Assembly: GCA_028534125.1 (NCBI GenBank)
Contig: CM052816.1
Coordinates: 3,226,001-3,290,000, forward strand
Reading direction: 5' to 3'
From: Lama glama
Lineage: Eukaryota
Length of the DNA stretch: 64,000 nucleotides
Translations under genes and position numbers: made by a program
In this document: piece after piece, positions 10,967-23,185 of the stretch
Layout of the letters: the number at the start of each line of letters is the position of its first letter
Position numbering within the stretch: the first letter of the stretch is position 1
Notes under the pieces: generated by a model
Seen by the model: the letters and a program-made list of their open reading frames with translations, nothing else
Databases searched by the model: none
Told to the model about the DNA's origin: nothing

Positions 10967-12464
10967 CTGCGTGTGGACATGGAGAAGGGATTAGAGCAGC
11001 CGGGCCAGTCCCCGCGTCCTGGAGAAAAGCGGGGCTGAGCAAGCGCTCACGGAGAACAGCAGATCAGGACTCACAACTCTCACACGAGAACGCATTTCTG
11101 GACCCCTAGGAAACGTCTGCCATAGACACTTAGGTTCGGGAGGGTTACCGTGTGGGCTGGAGGAGTCAACAACATCCATGTGGGTTTCTTACATTTTAGA
11201 GACAAAGTAGCCCACTCAAAAGAGTTGCAGGAGCCTTTCAAAGCACTCTTGTCCAGCTTCCTACCCACCGAGCACATCTCTTATTATTGCCAACAGACGG
11301 CTCTCAGCTGTGGCTTGTGTATCTCTGGTGGCAAGCTGCTCGCCCTCCACCAGGCAAATGAATCCACTGTAGGTCATTCTGTTATTCACCAAAATACAGT
11401 AACTTCTCATCCTTGTCCCATTTCTATTCCTTGAGCCGTACAGAACAAATCCATTCCTTCTCCCATTTGTATGCGCCAGTATAAACAAGTCCAATGACAA
11501 CTGTAGGCACCGTGTCTTGGACACACCTTACGTACTAGATATTATGCTAGGAACCTTCCATTTACTATCTCACTAACATCTTGTAACTCTTAGAAGAGTA
11601 AAATATGCTAATGCCCATTTTACAGATGAGAAAACTGAGTCCCATAGAAGCTTAAATGGTGGCAAGATCATACGACTGGTCAGTAGCTGAGTGGAGATTT
11701 GAGCTCAAGTTCTGCCTAAATTATAAAGCCTGTGGGTTTTCCGCTACACCTTATTGAAGAGAATTCTTCCTTGAGTCTTTTCTGGACAAAACACCTCCAG
11801 CTCCTTGCTGTTCCTTGGTGATGTGACTTTCATTTTCGCCCAGCAGAGGTGAGGGAGGAAGGGAGGGAAACTGGACAAGACAAGTGTGATTGCTTGGGCA
11901 TGCTTCTGTTTCTTTATGAAGGTGGTATTTGTTTAGGGTAAAAATCTGTGGGCTGGCCTAGGCTGACCCAGTGAGCCTCAAAAGTCCTGGGGAAAGGTAT
12001 CAGGAGAGAGGGGAGTGATGTCCAGGCTCCTCTGAGAGCCCACCATCTCTCCTCTAAAACCACCAAAACCGTTCCACCCATAATGCCTGCTCACGAGCAT
12101 CCAGTGGCATTAGCAAAGGCACAGGTCATGTGCTGCAGGAATCCCTGCCTCTCCCAACTTCCTGGGGGTGGGACTTTGTAAACTAATCAGATATGCAATA
12201 GTGGTATCGCGGCTCCATCTGGTTTTTGATTGCATAAACGTTACAAAATTGTCATCAAGCCGGTAAAACAAAACAGAGGGAATTACGGGTATTGGATGTG
12301 GTTGGCTGGGCTTTACCAGGGCCCCAAGGTTAGAACAACCATCAGAGCCAGCTTCAGATGGGGCACAGGACCCCCAGAGAGGAACTATGTCTGTAGCTCG
12401 GGAGGAACAGGGCAATGCATTTAATACCAGTTATCTTTCAAGCTATCAAACATTTTGGAGGCAA

Positions 12465-12920
12465 CATGACCTAGTGATTAAGCACCCAGACTCTGAAATT
12501 AGACTGCCTGGGAGGGAATCCTGGCCTAGCCTCCTGGGGCCTGGGTGACCCTGGCCGAGACGCTTAACCTCTCTTGGCCTCAGGTCTCTCCTACTTTCTA
12601 ACTAGTAGGGATGCTTCCAGGATTAAATGAGTTAATACACGGAGTACACTTAGAACATTTAGCACACAGCAATAGACGTTACTTACATACGTTAGCCGTG
12701 GTTATTCTTCAGCCCCAGTTCTGTATCTGCACTCTCTGTGCCTTATTTCATGTAGTCCTCGAAGCAATGCCTTCAGGTAGGTATTATGAACTTCCCCACT
12801 CAGCAGGTGGGAAATTGAGGCTTCGAGTGGTTAAGTGGCCTGCCATGGTAACTTTACTAAGTGGTGGAGCTAAGGTTAGAACTCAGGGAGTGTTAATCTA
12901 GGCCTCACACCTTCAACTGG
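12465..12920. mobile_element. Two adjacent MIRs in opposite orientation
   Basis: + copy (agtgattaagcac..ggattaaatgag..) then - copy (gaaattgaggcttcgagtggttaagtggcctgcc). Confidence 0.6.
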
Positions 12921-13209
12921 TACGCTTCTCCTATTGGGGCGCCGAACGCTGACGTGAGACATTCAGCCTGGTGGCAGCGGAGGCGCTTTCAACTGGTTTG
13001 CGCTTGGCCTGACCCTTCACTGACCAGTCAAGGAGATGCTAGAGCAACAGGCAGCAAATAATCCAAAGGTCTGGAGTTCTGAGCAGCGCACAACTTTTTT
13101 GGGGGAGCTGGGACTGACCCAAGTCCGCGATTACAAGTAGCGACTGTTCCAGACACCAACAAACTGAAAAGAGGAAGAAGCCAGAGGCGGCAAGAGAGGT
13201 GACAATAAC

Positions 13210-13300
13210 CTTATGAGGATACTCAGTGCTCCCAGAGGTGTGACGACTGTTGCAGGAGCAAACGCGTAGGCCCCGAAGTTGGCGACTTCTCCAGCAGCCA
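13210..13300 (-). CDS. NIPAL4: NIPAL4 exon 4
   Basis: ttcctag|, 91 bp, (M)[30 protein letters not shown], |gttatt; NIPA-family [24 protein letters not shown] motif; not in the ORF track. Confidence 0.96.
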
Positions 13301-14466
13301 CTAGGAAATTAAGGGAAAAAAGAGGTCATTGGCTCTGGTGCACCATCTCCAGTCCAAATCAATCTGGGTAGAGATGCCTTCATTCAGCGTTCAACCCCTC
13401 ACAGAATCCCAGGCCAGCATTCCTTGAAATTCTGATTGTTACGCCCTCTCCCTGGACAATCTGATCTGAAGGTCAAGCTCAGACTGTCCTGACCAAATCC
13501 TTCCATTTTAAAGATGAGAAAGCATGCCGAGAGTCCCGGGTCACAGGATGCCTTCTTGATCTTGACGTCTCTTGGCTTCCAGTCAAGGCACGGTCAAGTG
13601 TATCTCAGGGACTGCCAATGATTGGTCTATATCTTTAAGGTAAGTTCTAGAAAGTGTTAATTATCAGATAAAGAAACAGTTACAGTTATTGATTCTCCGG
13701 GTACCAAATGGTCCAAGGACCATCTTTTCCAGAGGAGGTGTGGATTGTCTAGACGGACAGGCAGGTGGTTAGAAAGTCTGACATCCCCAAAGGGCCCACT
13801 TCTCCCCATGTGAGTTTCCAGTGTGCAGGCTCCTTTAAGTGTCTTTTCTGTCTCTGCTCATAGAGAATGAATTGGCTCCACTCTATGAAAGCAGATGATG
13901 AATGTGATCACTCTGGCTGAGACTGGGATCAAAACCTGATTTAGAGGATTACAAATAGAAAGCTGGCTAATTTTCCATCTGAAAGAATTAGGCTTTGAAA
14001 TCCAGAGTGGGTGGGTGGAAAACGGGGGAAATGTGTGAATGTACAAATTTGGGCAAACTTTAGACGGCAGGCCAACCATGTGCTAAGTGAGCCAACAACT
14101 GTCTGAGGAATGGGGAAACTGACTTAGGAGTCCCCTGCAGAAAAGTCCAGGAGACTCCAACGGGCAGCGACAGCTCCCTGTGTTTCAAGGGAAGCTGAGA
14201 AATGACACCTTTATCATCTCCAGCTCTGGACAAACCTCTCTGGGGGTAGATGCTTCATGGATGAAAGAGATTTTGGGTGGAGAAAGTGATCTGAGATACA
14301 GGTAAGATGCTCTACCAGCAAAGACTGTCAAGGTTTTCCCCCTGGGAATCTTGGCCTCAGATTCATACTTTGCACAATAGGGACAGAAATGCCCCACCCA
14401 CCCTCCTCTCCTCTCTGCCTCTGTCAGCAGTCGGGCACAGTCGTTAGCAGCAAAGGGCTCACTTAC

Positions 14467-14523
14467 TGGTGAGAAATCCAGCCCACCACATCGCGTCCTT
14501 CAGGTAGCCGTAGCCTCCGTCCA
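14467..14523 (-). CDS. NIPAL4: NIPAL4 exon 3
   Basis: ctgcag|, 57 bp, (V)DGGYGYLKDAMWWAGFLT-M, |gtaagt. Confidence 0.96.
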
Positions 14524-14769
14524 CTGCAGAAAGCAACAGGCACCGAGTGAGTGCGCGGCCACGCTTCCCAGGACCGCTCCTTCTCTGCCTGCACGCCCCA
14601 GTCTCCAAGCGCTCAGTCTGTGTCAGCTGTGGTGAGTCCCCGGGGCTCGCTTCTGGGCCCTCTCCCAGGTGAGCACAACCATTCCAAAGCTTTAATTTCC
14701 ATCTAGCTGCTGGTGTCCCTGTTTCATACACGCACCCTGACCTCTTCTTCTGAGCCCTGGTGTGGATCC

Positions 14770-15670
14770 AACTGCTGACTTGACAACTCTTGGATCTCTC
14801 ACCGGCATCTCAAATTCTGTCCTAAATGGAACTCTTGATTTTAAATGCTCCCCACCCATCAAATGAAACTCAGTAAATGGCACCTCTGTGTCCCTAAGTT
14901 GCTTAAGCCAGAAACCAGGGAATCATTTGACCCTCCCACTACTCCACCTCCTGCCTCCAGTCCATCCTGCTGACTCTGTCTCCAAAAAGCACCTCACATG
15001 TGTCCACTCCACTGCCACCACCCAACTCTGGGTCGAGGCAGCAGCCCTCTAGGGTTCCTCTGGGTCTACCCTTGTCCTCCTATAATCCATTCCTTTCATA
15101 GCAGCCAGGAGTCTTTAAGAACGTAAATCAGAATTTGTCACTTCTCAGTTTACTGCTGGCCAGTGGCTTCTAAATACTCTTGGGATAAAGACCGATCTCT
15201 ACCAAGCCCTGTTCGCAGTTTTGACCTGGCTCACCTCTCCACAGGCATCTCCTGCCACTCTCCTTACTACAGTCTAGCCACTCAGGCTTTCTTCGAGTTC
15301 TTCAAAAATGATGAGCTCTTTCTGGCCTCAAGGCCTCTGCATGTGCTTTCCGTGTTCAGAATAGTCTTAACAATATTTGCCTAGATCCACATTCACTTCA
15401 CAGGTCTCTGCTTAAATGCTGCTCCCCCTAAAATGCCCTCCCTGACCCCTTATCTTTATTATTCCCCCTGGGACTCTCTCTCATCACACCCAGCTCTCCT
15501 CCTTCATGACACTTGTCATTTATAATTTGAACTGATTTATTTTCTTGCATTTGCTCCACTGAAATGGAAGTCAGGAAGTGTGTCTGCTGTGTTCGCATGA
15601 TGGCCTCAGAGCCAGGCACCCAGGCAACGCTCAGGAACATTAGCTGTGAGGCTGAGGATGGGATGGATGG
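14770..15670 (+). mobile_element. L2 fragment
   Basis: catctcaaa..gaactcttga..cagtaaatggcacc..cttaagccagaaacc..gatggatgg 3' end. Confidence 0.7.
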
Positions 15671-16344
15671 GTTTTAGACTGGTCTGTGAAAAATCCCAAA
15701 TTCGCATTCTGCTTTTTGTGAATGCCCATTTTCCTAAGAAGGCCTTTCCCTTCCATCAGGATCCTAAAGGAGTCAGAGTCTCCCTTGTTCACGTTAAGAG
15801 CTCTGAGAGCATTTCACCCTAAGAGCTGAAATCTCAGGAGATGCTGAAATATCAGACTGGAGGGAAAAACTGATTCCAGGGCCGCTGCCTCTCTGAATGG
15901 TCAGGGGTACTTGCCCTGCTCTCTCCTGAGCACAGGCAGCTGTTTTTCTGGCAGTTTGGGAGGCCTCTGGCCATTCGAACATGTGTCCAGAAGTGGAAGA
16001 CAGAGCAGCGATGACCACCAATCCTGACTTCATCCCCACACCTCACAGCTCTCCGTATCCGCGCACACCTGGCCCAGACCTGGGTACCGGGTTGTCCGCC
16101 AGGCCCTCCCACTTAGATAACTGAGGCTAACATTAGCACTCACTCTGTGCCAAGCGTCCTTCTAAGCACACGGCCCATCTTCACAACAGTCCTGCAGGCT
16201 GGAACTAGTCTCATCCCCATTTTGTTTTTAGATGAGGAAACTGAGGCACAGAAAAACTATGTTCTTGCCCAGGATCACATCACCAGAAACTGAGGAGCTG
16301 GAATTGGAGCCCTAATGGTCTGCTGCCAAAGCGCAGTGTCTCAG

Positions 16345-17100
16345 AGAACATTAAGTTGAACATGTCCAGACCTGAACACGTTGTCTTTCCATAAACCTGC
16401 TCCTCCTGTATTCTCCATCTCAGAAAAGAGCACCTTCATCTCCCCAGTTGCTCAAAGCAGAGGGCTGAGTCATCCTGACTCATTTTCTTCACGCTCCCTT
16501 GGAGCCCAGCAACACCGAACCCAGTACGTCCTACCTGCAGAAACTGTCTCCACACTCCACCACCTGTCTCCATGCCCATGGCCATTCCCTGGCCCAAGCT
16601 CTGTTGTCTTCCTCCTTTAACCGGCCTCCTACCCTCCAGTCTTGTCCCCTAACCCATTCTGCACCCAGCAACTAGGGATCTTTTCAAATCATAAATCAAA
16701 ATATGTCACTTGCCTGCCTAAAACCTTTGTCACTTAGAGTTACACTCAAACTCTGGAGCCCAGTTTACAAGACCCTTCATGAGCTGGCCCTCAGCCCATT
16801 TCTCACCCCTCCGTGCTCCAGCCATCATGAATTACTTTCAGCTTCTAATATAATTCATGCTCTCAGCCCTGGGCCTTTGCACACGCTGTTCTTTCTGCCT
16901 GGAACACTACGTCGTCTTCCTCTTCTCCCCTTCATCTTTTCCCCATGACAGCACTTAACAGGCTATGGGACAAGTGTTTATCGACTTGCCTGTCTCTCCC
17001 ACTCAACTCAAAGCCCTTCAAGGGCACGGTGTCCACATGTCTCGCATGGCACCTGGCACGCAGCAGGTACACAATAAATGATGATTCAATGAGTGAATTC
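16345..17100 (+). mobile_element. L2 fragment
   Basis: aacatgtccaga..catctccccagttgctcaa..gggcctttgcacacgctgttc..cctggcacgcagcaggtacacaataaatg. Confidence 0.7.
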
Positions 17101-17617
17101 TTTTATATAGGATTCCTTTTCTCAGGAATTGTTTTCAAGGATACACACTTTATTTTCCAAACAAGCAAACCCCTGTGGACAGGGACTCAGCAATTCTTTT
17201 GTATCCTATACGGGAGCTCAGTTTGACAGTAAGTGAGGGCACCCTCGTGTCTGCCACTGTTCTGGGCAGACGCATCGTGTTCCCATCTTGTAGGGAGGTT
17301 GTTACCGGCCTGCCACGGCACAACTGGTAAGAAATAAAACCAGGAATAGACCTGGGCTTCCTGATTCTTGGCCCTGAGACTTCTCCCTCTCTTCACCCCA
17401 GTTAACTGACCACGAAGTTCTCAGGAAATGTTGGATCATAAAGGAAGGTGTCCCGTTGGTGTACTGATTCCCCATGGGGTTGACAATGCACCTTTTGTGC
17501 CCTTAGGACAGGCTCTCCAACTGCTACAGTGGACCCGGGAGGAGGCTCACGGGGCTGGCTGCGGGCTCGGTTGCCCAGCACCCCGTTCACACCCGCACCC
17601 CACCCCCAGGAGCCTAC

Positions 17618-17857
17618 CTGCCCGCGTGGCCCCCGAGGCCACCAGTCGCTGGAGGCCTTTCTTCTTGAGGATGACGCTGCTGCCGATGAGGAAGCTGGAC
17701 AGGAAGGCCAGCCCCAGGCCGACGTAGAAGCTGTAGCTCTGCCTGAACCTCTCCTGCCAGCTGTGAGAAGTGACATTGCTGGGCATCTCAGGGCCGAGGT
17801 CAGCGATGATCTGACACAGAACTTGCTGGGAGGAGCAGTACAGGCGGAGCAGGGAAC
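17618..17857 (-). CDS. NIPAL4: NIPAL4 exon 2
   Basis: ccccag|, 240 bp, (G)[17 protein letters not shown]...[38 protein letters not shown], |gtaggc. Confidence 0.96.
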
Positions 17858-20800
17858 CTGGGGAAGACACCGCGGAGAGAGTCACGTGGGGGACATTTGC
17901 ATGCTCTAAAGATACCGGCGCCGGCCACTGCCTCGGACCCCAGGCCTCAGCCACCGCCACACTCCAGCCATACCCTGGGCCCCAAACTAAAAACAGCAGT
18001 TAACATTTACTGAGTGTTTACGCCAGGTTAGGGACTTCATTGGTGTGAAGCCATCAAGTTCTTCCAACTGCCCATCAGATGAGGGCTATCTTTAATTCCC
18101 ATTTCATCGACATGGAAAGGGAGGCCACGAGAGGTCAGGATCCTGGCCTATGAACACAGGCTGTCTGACTCCAGAACCCCAGAACGTAACCACGACGCCA
18201 TACTGACGCCCCACACATCAAGCTGGGTCCCCTCAGATCTCAGGTGTCACTGAATGCAACCTCACCAGCCTCTGGGCACACGGGCCTCCAACAGCTCAGG
18301 ATCACACAGGGAGTCTCCCCTCCTAGAGGCCTCTTCACTTACATATCCCTAACTCCAGCCATGATGCAGAATCCCGGCGGGTACCAGGAGGGAGTGAAGC
18401 TGGAGAGTCCACAGCCCCTCCTAGGCCTGAAGATGACGAACTCTGAGCATCCTGTTGGTCAGGACCAACCATCCCCAGGCCATCCTTCAAAAACCTCTAG
18501 TGCTCCTGGTCAGTGGCTGGGGCCTCCTCAGGCCACCGAGGGATGGGCGCCCCTGCCACCCCAGGCAGGATCTGTCTTCACTTTGCTGTCTAGAGTCCTA
18601 GAGTCCGCGAGAGTCTGAAGCAGCCCTCATGCCCTAGAGCCAGCCAACCCTTGCTGGCTCTTGTGACACAAACACCAAAGACAACAGGACAAACTCGGGC
18701 ATGAAGAGCAGAACCCTCAGTCAGAAGCTGCCCAAGTTCAAGGAAACAGTACAAGGCAGAGGCAACAATCTTCCCGTGCTGGTGCTCACGGCTCTGGGCC
18801 CTCCAGTGAACATCCCTATCATGGAAACGGCACAGCGATCATGTCCAGGGTTTTAGCTGAGAAACTGGGGTCCTGATAAGCTCAGTAACCTATGGCTGCA
18901 CTGGTGCTAAGTGGTCAAGCCAGAACTGTTCCCCAAGCCCATATGATGCCAAAGCTCATGCTCTTGGTCACCACACACACCCCTAAAAAGCAGGCAGCAA
19001 AGGGGATGGGGTTTCATCTAGCTTCTTGAGGGTTACCTTAATGTATGAATTCATCACCAGTATTTAAAAACCAGATTCCCTATGAAAATTCAGCTTCAGG
19101 GCTGCCTTCGCTTACCTTGCTGGGCAGACAGTCCCAGAGGCAAACAGCTGGCTCCCCGCTAGACGGGAGGTACTCTTTGAGATTCCCCCAGAGTCCACAC
19201 CTGGCTCCTTTCAGTCAACTGTGTTATGTGCTTGGCCCCTACTGGCATTTGAGTTTGTGACTTTTGGTGGTAGAAGGTCCTTTACAACCTGTGTGTCATA
19301 AAGACCCAGGCTCCTGTGCCAAGAATGTAAGCCTGGCAGGCCCTTTTCCTCAGACCAAGCTAGAAGGGCCCCAAAGTCCAACAGGTCAGGCAGCTCTAGC
19401 TTTGGCCTACGTGGAGCACAGAGTGGCATTCTGGTGGAACACAGTAAGGGCAATGCTGACCTTCCCTCTACGGCACAGAAGCATGGAACAGCAGAGCTGG
19501 AAGGGCTCTTAGAAGGCAGCCCATCTAACCCTCTTGCTTTTCAGCTGGGGAAACTGAGGCCCTGAGATAGGGAAGGACTTGCGTGAATCTCCCAAAAGCC
19601 GGGTAGCAGGACTGGGTCTGGAGTCCACCGGGGGATGGCCATGTGTCTTCTGCAGTGGGAGACCTCTAACAGCTGGGTCACAATCAACAGAAGATGAGAT
19701 AAGAAACCATCTGGGTCCCTAATCAAACTTGTTCTGTCAGCTAGGACAGGAGTCACGTCCTGGGAGTTCCCTGAGCTCAGGAAAAGAGCCAGAACCTGGC
19801 AGGATGTGGGGCAAAGAAGGTGGCTCCCAAGAGGAAGGCCAAGCCCTTTCGCACACCCCTCCCCTGGCCCCCTCCAGGTGCATTTCCAGCAGGTGGAGCC
19901 AAAGGGTGGGTCTGGCTGCTTGGGGGAGGCGTGAGGCACCCAAGGGGCACAGGACCCTCCACTGAGTTAAGTTCTCCCACAGGGGGGAGAAGAACAAGGG
20001 AGAGGCCGATGGCCAAAGGAAATCCAGTTGTGACAAGGGTGCTTATCTGACAGGTGGGTGTTGGGCCAGATGATTCCTGCTCCTCTTCCAGGATACGCGG
20101 GGACTGGGGAACATATTCTTCCCCAGGGGAAGGTGAGGCTGAAAATGGACTGTCTCGTTGGTCAGGAAACCAAAGCCAGCCAACACCCAACAGGCCAGCT
20201 CTGAAAGCATCACTGGAGAAGAGAAGTTAGAAAAACAGGGATCTCCCACAGCTGCGATGCCAAGACAAGGTAGGAAAATGATGTTATACCAAGAAAGGAG
20301 GTGACACAGTGGTATGAAGACAGGTTTTAGAATCCAAGCCCTGGTTCTGTATTCCATCACCCCACGGTGATTAATACCTTGAGCAAATTAATCAAGACTT
20401 TTCAGAGCCTCAGTTTCTCTGTCTCCAGAGCCGAGACACTAAGGTAGAGTTGGGTTAAGGATTGACAGGGATGATGCGGGTAAACGGCCTAGTCCACCAC
20501 CCAGGTTCATGATGAGAACCCGAGCATAAAGCCAAGCATCCTTCCTTACCCCTTCCTGGAGTGTTCTTTCCCTCCCTTTCCCAAAAGGTGCATGTGGGTT
20601 TGAGGGTGGTGAGTCTCTGCGCCTCACTCCCGTCTTTGTTGGGCCCCAGGGAGGCAGTCAGACCTGGGCAGGTACTCCAGACTAAAATCTGGAGCAACTA
20701 TACATAAAAGAAACCCCCCAGTCCCCCACCTCTTGGTGGACCAGCTGTAACCAATAAAGCCCACCTCCTCCCACCCCCTACTCCCGCAATACGGTCCCCT

Positions 20801-20869
20801 TTCCCCCATTGCCCTTCTCAGCTACCCAGCTCCAAAGGTGGGGGGCAGAGCCAGAACTTGGCTCCTCCC

Positions 20870-21430
20870 CAAGACGGGCCTGAGAACCGGGTGGGGGACG
20901 ACGCGTGCGGACCCCCTCCCCCGTCTGGGGCCCCTTGGCAGGAGAGGACGCGGAGGAAAGGAGCGGCGGGAAGGGCAGGCGCGCAGCGCGGGGCGCACCC
21001 GGGTCCCCGCCGGCCCCACGCACCGTTCTCGCAGCTGGCGTTGCCGGCCGGCGGCTCCATGGGGCCCGGCGCTCGCACCGAAGCGCGGGCGGACGGCGCC
21101 CCGGTTCCCTGGCTCCGGAGCAGGTGGCTGAGACTCGTCCCTGGTGTGGCCGGCGTACGAGGAGCCGCCGGGGTCGGGACCCGAGGGTGGAGAGAATGAC
21201 GCGCCGCAGAGGGGGAGGGTCCCCGGGGAGGAGTCACCCGGCCTCTTGGGTAACTCCAAGGGCCGGGGGGGGGGGGTGCCCTGCGCTCAAGCTGCCCGCA
21301 GAGGGGCGCACGCCCTCCCGGGGCGCAGGAGGCTGCCCGACGCCCTGCGAGGGAGTCACCGCCCCTTGTTCCCGGCTGGAGTCAAAGGGGCGGGTCCCCG
21401 GGCGCCACCCCTTCGCAACCCCGGGACCTG
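20870..21430. promoter_or_regulatory. CpG island / NIPAL4 promoter
   Basis: Very GC- and CpG-dense segment spanning exon 1; GC box GGGGCGGG near 21387; G12 run at 21265-21276. Confidence 0.88.
21024..21060 (-). CDS. NIPAL4: NIPAL4 exon 1 coding part (start codon)
   Basis: ATG at 21060-21058, MEPPAGNASCEN-G, |gtgcgt; the six exons sum to 37+240+57+91+161+629=1215 nt = 404 aa + stop with all phases consistent. Confidence 0.93.
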
Positions 21431-22579
21431 CACCCAGTTCCGTCCCCAGTGACACAACTCATGGGCCCCAGGATGGCAAGAGAGGGGGCAATTTTCTGGC
21501 TAGGATGGAAGTGGAACGCGGGGGCTGGAAGGGAGCACTGCTGTCATTTGGAAGCCTATCGGGCCAGGGGCATCCAGGACCCCGGGTTTTTCCCTTCCTG
21601 CCTGCCTTCCTGGCTTCCTACCTCCCTGCTTGATTCATTCATTCAAGGTAGGTCCGATCTATACTGGGGCACTAATACGCAATAGGCACATAGTAGGTGT
21701 TCAATAAAAGATCGATACATACATGTGGAATGAATGGGTGATGGAAGCTTAGTAAATTGAATGAAAGAAGCAAACAAAGTAATTGGAGATCAAAATGAAT
21801 CAGACATATTCCCTGTCCCCCAGGAACCTCATATACTAATATAGGAAACAAAATGGGGTCACCTGTCTGGAGACTGGTGTTTTCCAAATCACTATGAAAA
21901 AGAAAAATGGTGGTGATGGAAAGCATGTTTGTTACTGTGGGTGCTACTAGGGAAAAAGTTAGAGAAACACTGACCTGGAGCATAAAAACACTTGTGCAGT
22001 GCTTGCTATTGGCCAGGCACAGCTGTTAGTGCTGAAAAATCCCAGTTCATTTAATCCTCATGACAACCACACTTGTTGTTTTATTATTTACAGAAAGGAA
22101 ACTGAGCCACAGAGTGATCTAGTAACTTGCCCCTGAGCGCCAGCCAGGAACTGGAAGAGCCAAGATGAAATGCATGCTCCCAGCAGCCACACTGAGCTCG
22201 GCATCATTTTAGGCTGAAGTAAACGCCTGCCCCCGAGTAGTGAGGGTGTGGGGCTGCCAAGAAAGCAGTGGTGGGTTCTGACAGGCCCCTGGCTTCCTGG
22301 AGGAAGCAGCTTTCAAAGTACTTATTTATTGAGTCTTTACTCCAGAACAGATACTGTACTAAGCCCTTTACAGGCATTATCTCATTGAAGCCTTCTGTGA
22401 GGCAGGTACTAATCTCCATGGTACAGATGAGGAAAAATCATATTAAAAATTTTTTTGATTATAAAATAATTTTGGATTTACAGGAGAGTTACAAAAATAG
22501 TACAGAGAGTTCCCATATACCTGTCACCAGCTTCCCCTAGTAATATTTCGTACAGAAATAGAAAAGGCCACATTTAAAA

Positions 22580-22718
22580 TTTTTTGGGGGGAGGTCCTTA
22601 GGTCTATTTAATTATTTATTATTAGTTTTCTTTTTTTTTAATGAGGTACTGGGGATTGAACTCCGGACCTCATGCATGCAAAGCATGCAGTCTACCATTT
22701 AAGCAATACCTTCCCCCC
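22580..22718 (-). mobile_element. tRNA-derived SINE (same family as 10278)
   Basis: gaggtactggggattgaactccggacctc is the reverse B-box region; T-rich tail; TSD-like aaaggccacatttaaa / aaagccacattttaaa. Confidence 0.88.
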
Positions 22719-23058
22719 AAAAAAGCCACATTTTAAATACCCTGAGAAACTGGCCCCCAAGGTTCCATAGCTAATAAGGGAGGGTGCCAGGAGCTACTCA
22801 GCCCCCAGTCTGTCTCCCCAGCCACCACCCTCCACCCTCTACTGGTGGCCTTCTAGCTGGGCCTCAAAGGATGGGTTCTCCCAGCATGTGGCTTCCCTTA
22901 ATTTGCTGGATAACATTAAATAAGTCACTTACTCTCCAGAAGGATCAGTCAAATAAGACAGCCCTTCCTGCCCCTTTCTGTGTGTGTGGGTGTGTGTGTT
23001 TGTACCACCATGGGGTCTAGGGAGTGTGGATAGGGCAAAAGTTAGAAAGGAAAGGCAA

Positions 23059-23185
23059 GGGAAGAGTAGAGCTCAGTAGCAGAGTCCACACTTAGCATAT
23101 GTGAGGTCCTGGGTTCAATCCCCAGTACCTCCATTTAAAAAAATTAACCTAATTACATGCCCCCCTCAAAAATGTAAACAAAAAA
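23059..23185 (+). mobile_element. tRNA-derived SINE (same family)
   Basis: agctcagtagcagag..gaggtcctgggttcaatccccagtacctcc, A tail; TSD-like aaggaaaggcaag / aagaaaaggcaag. Confidence 0.88.

Noticed and set aside
20778..21633. Many overlapping 100-240 aa ORFs
   Set aside because: Stop-poor GC-rich CpG island; only 21024-21060 fits the spliced NIPAL4 CDS
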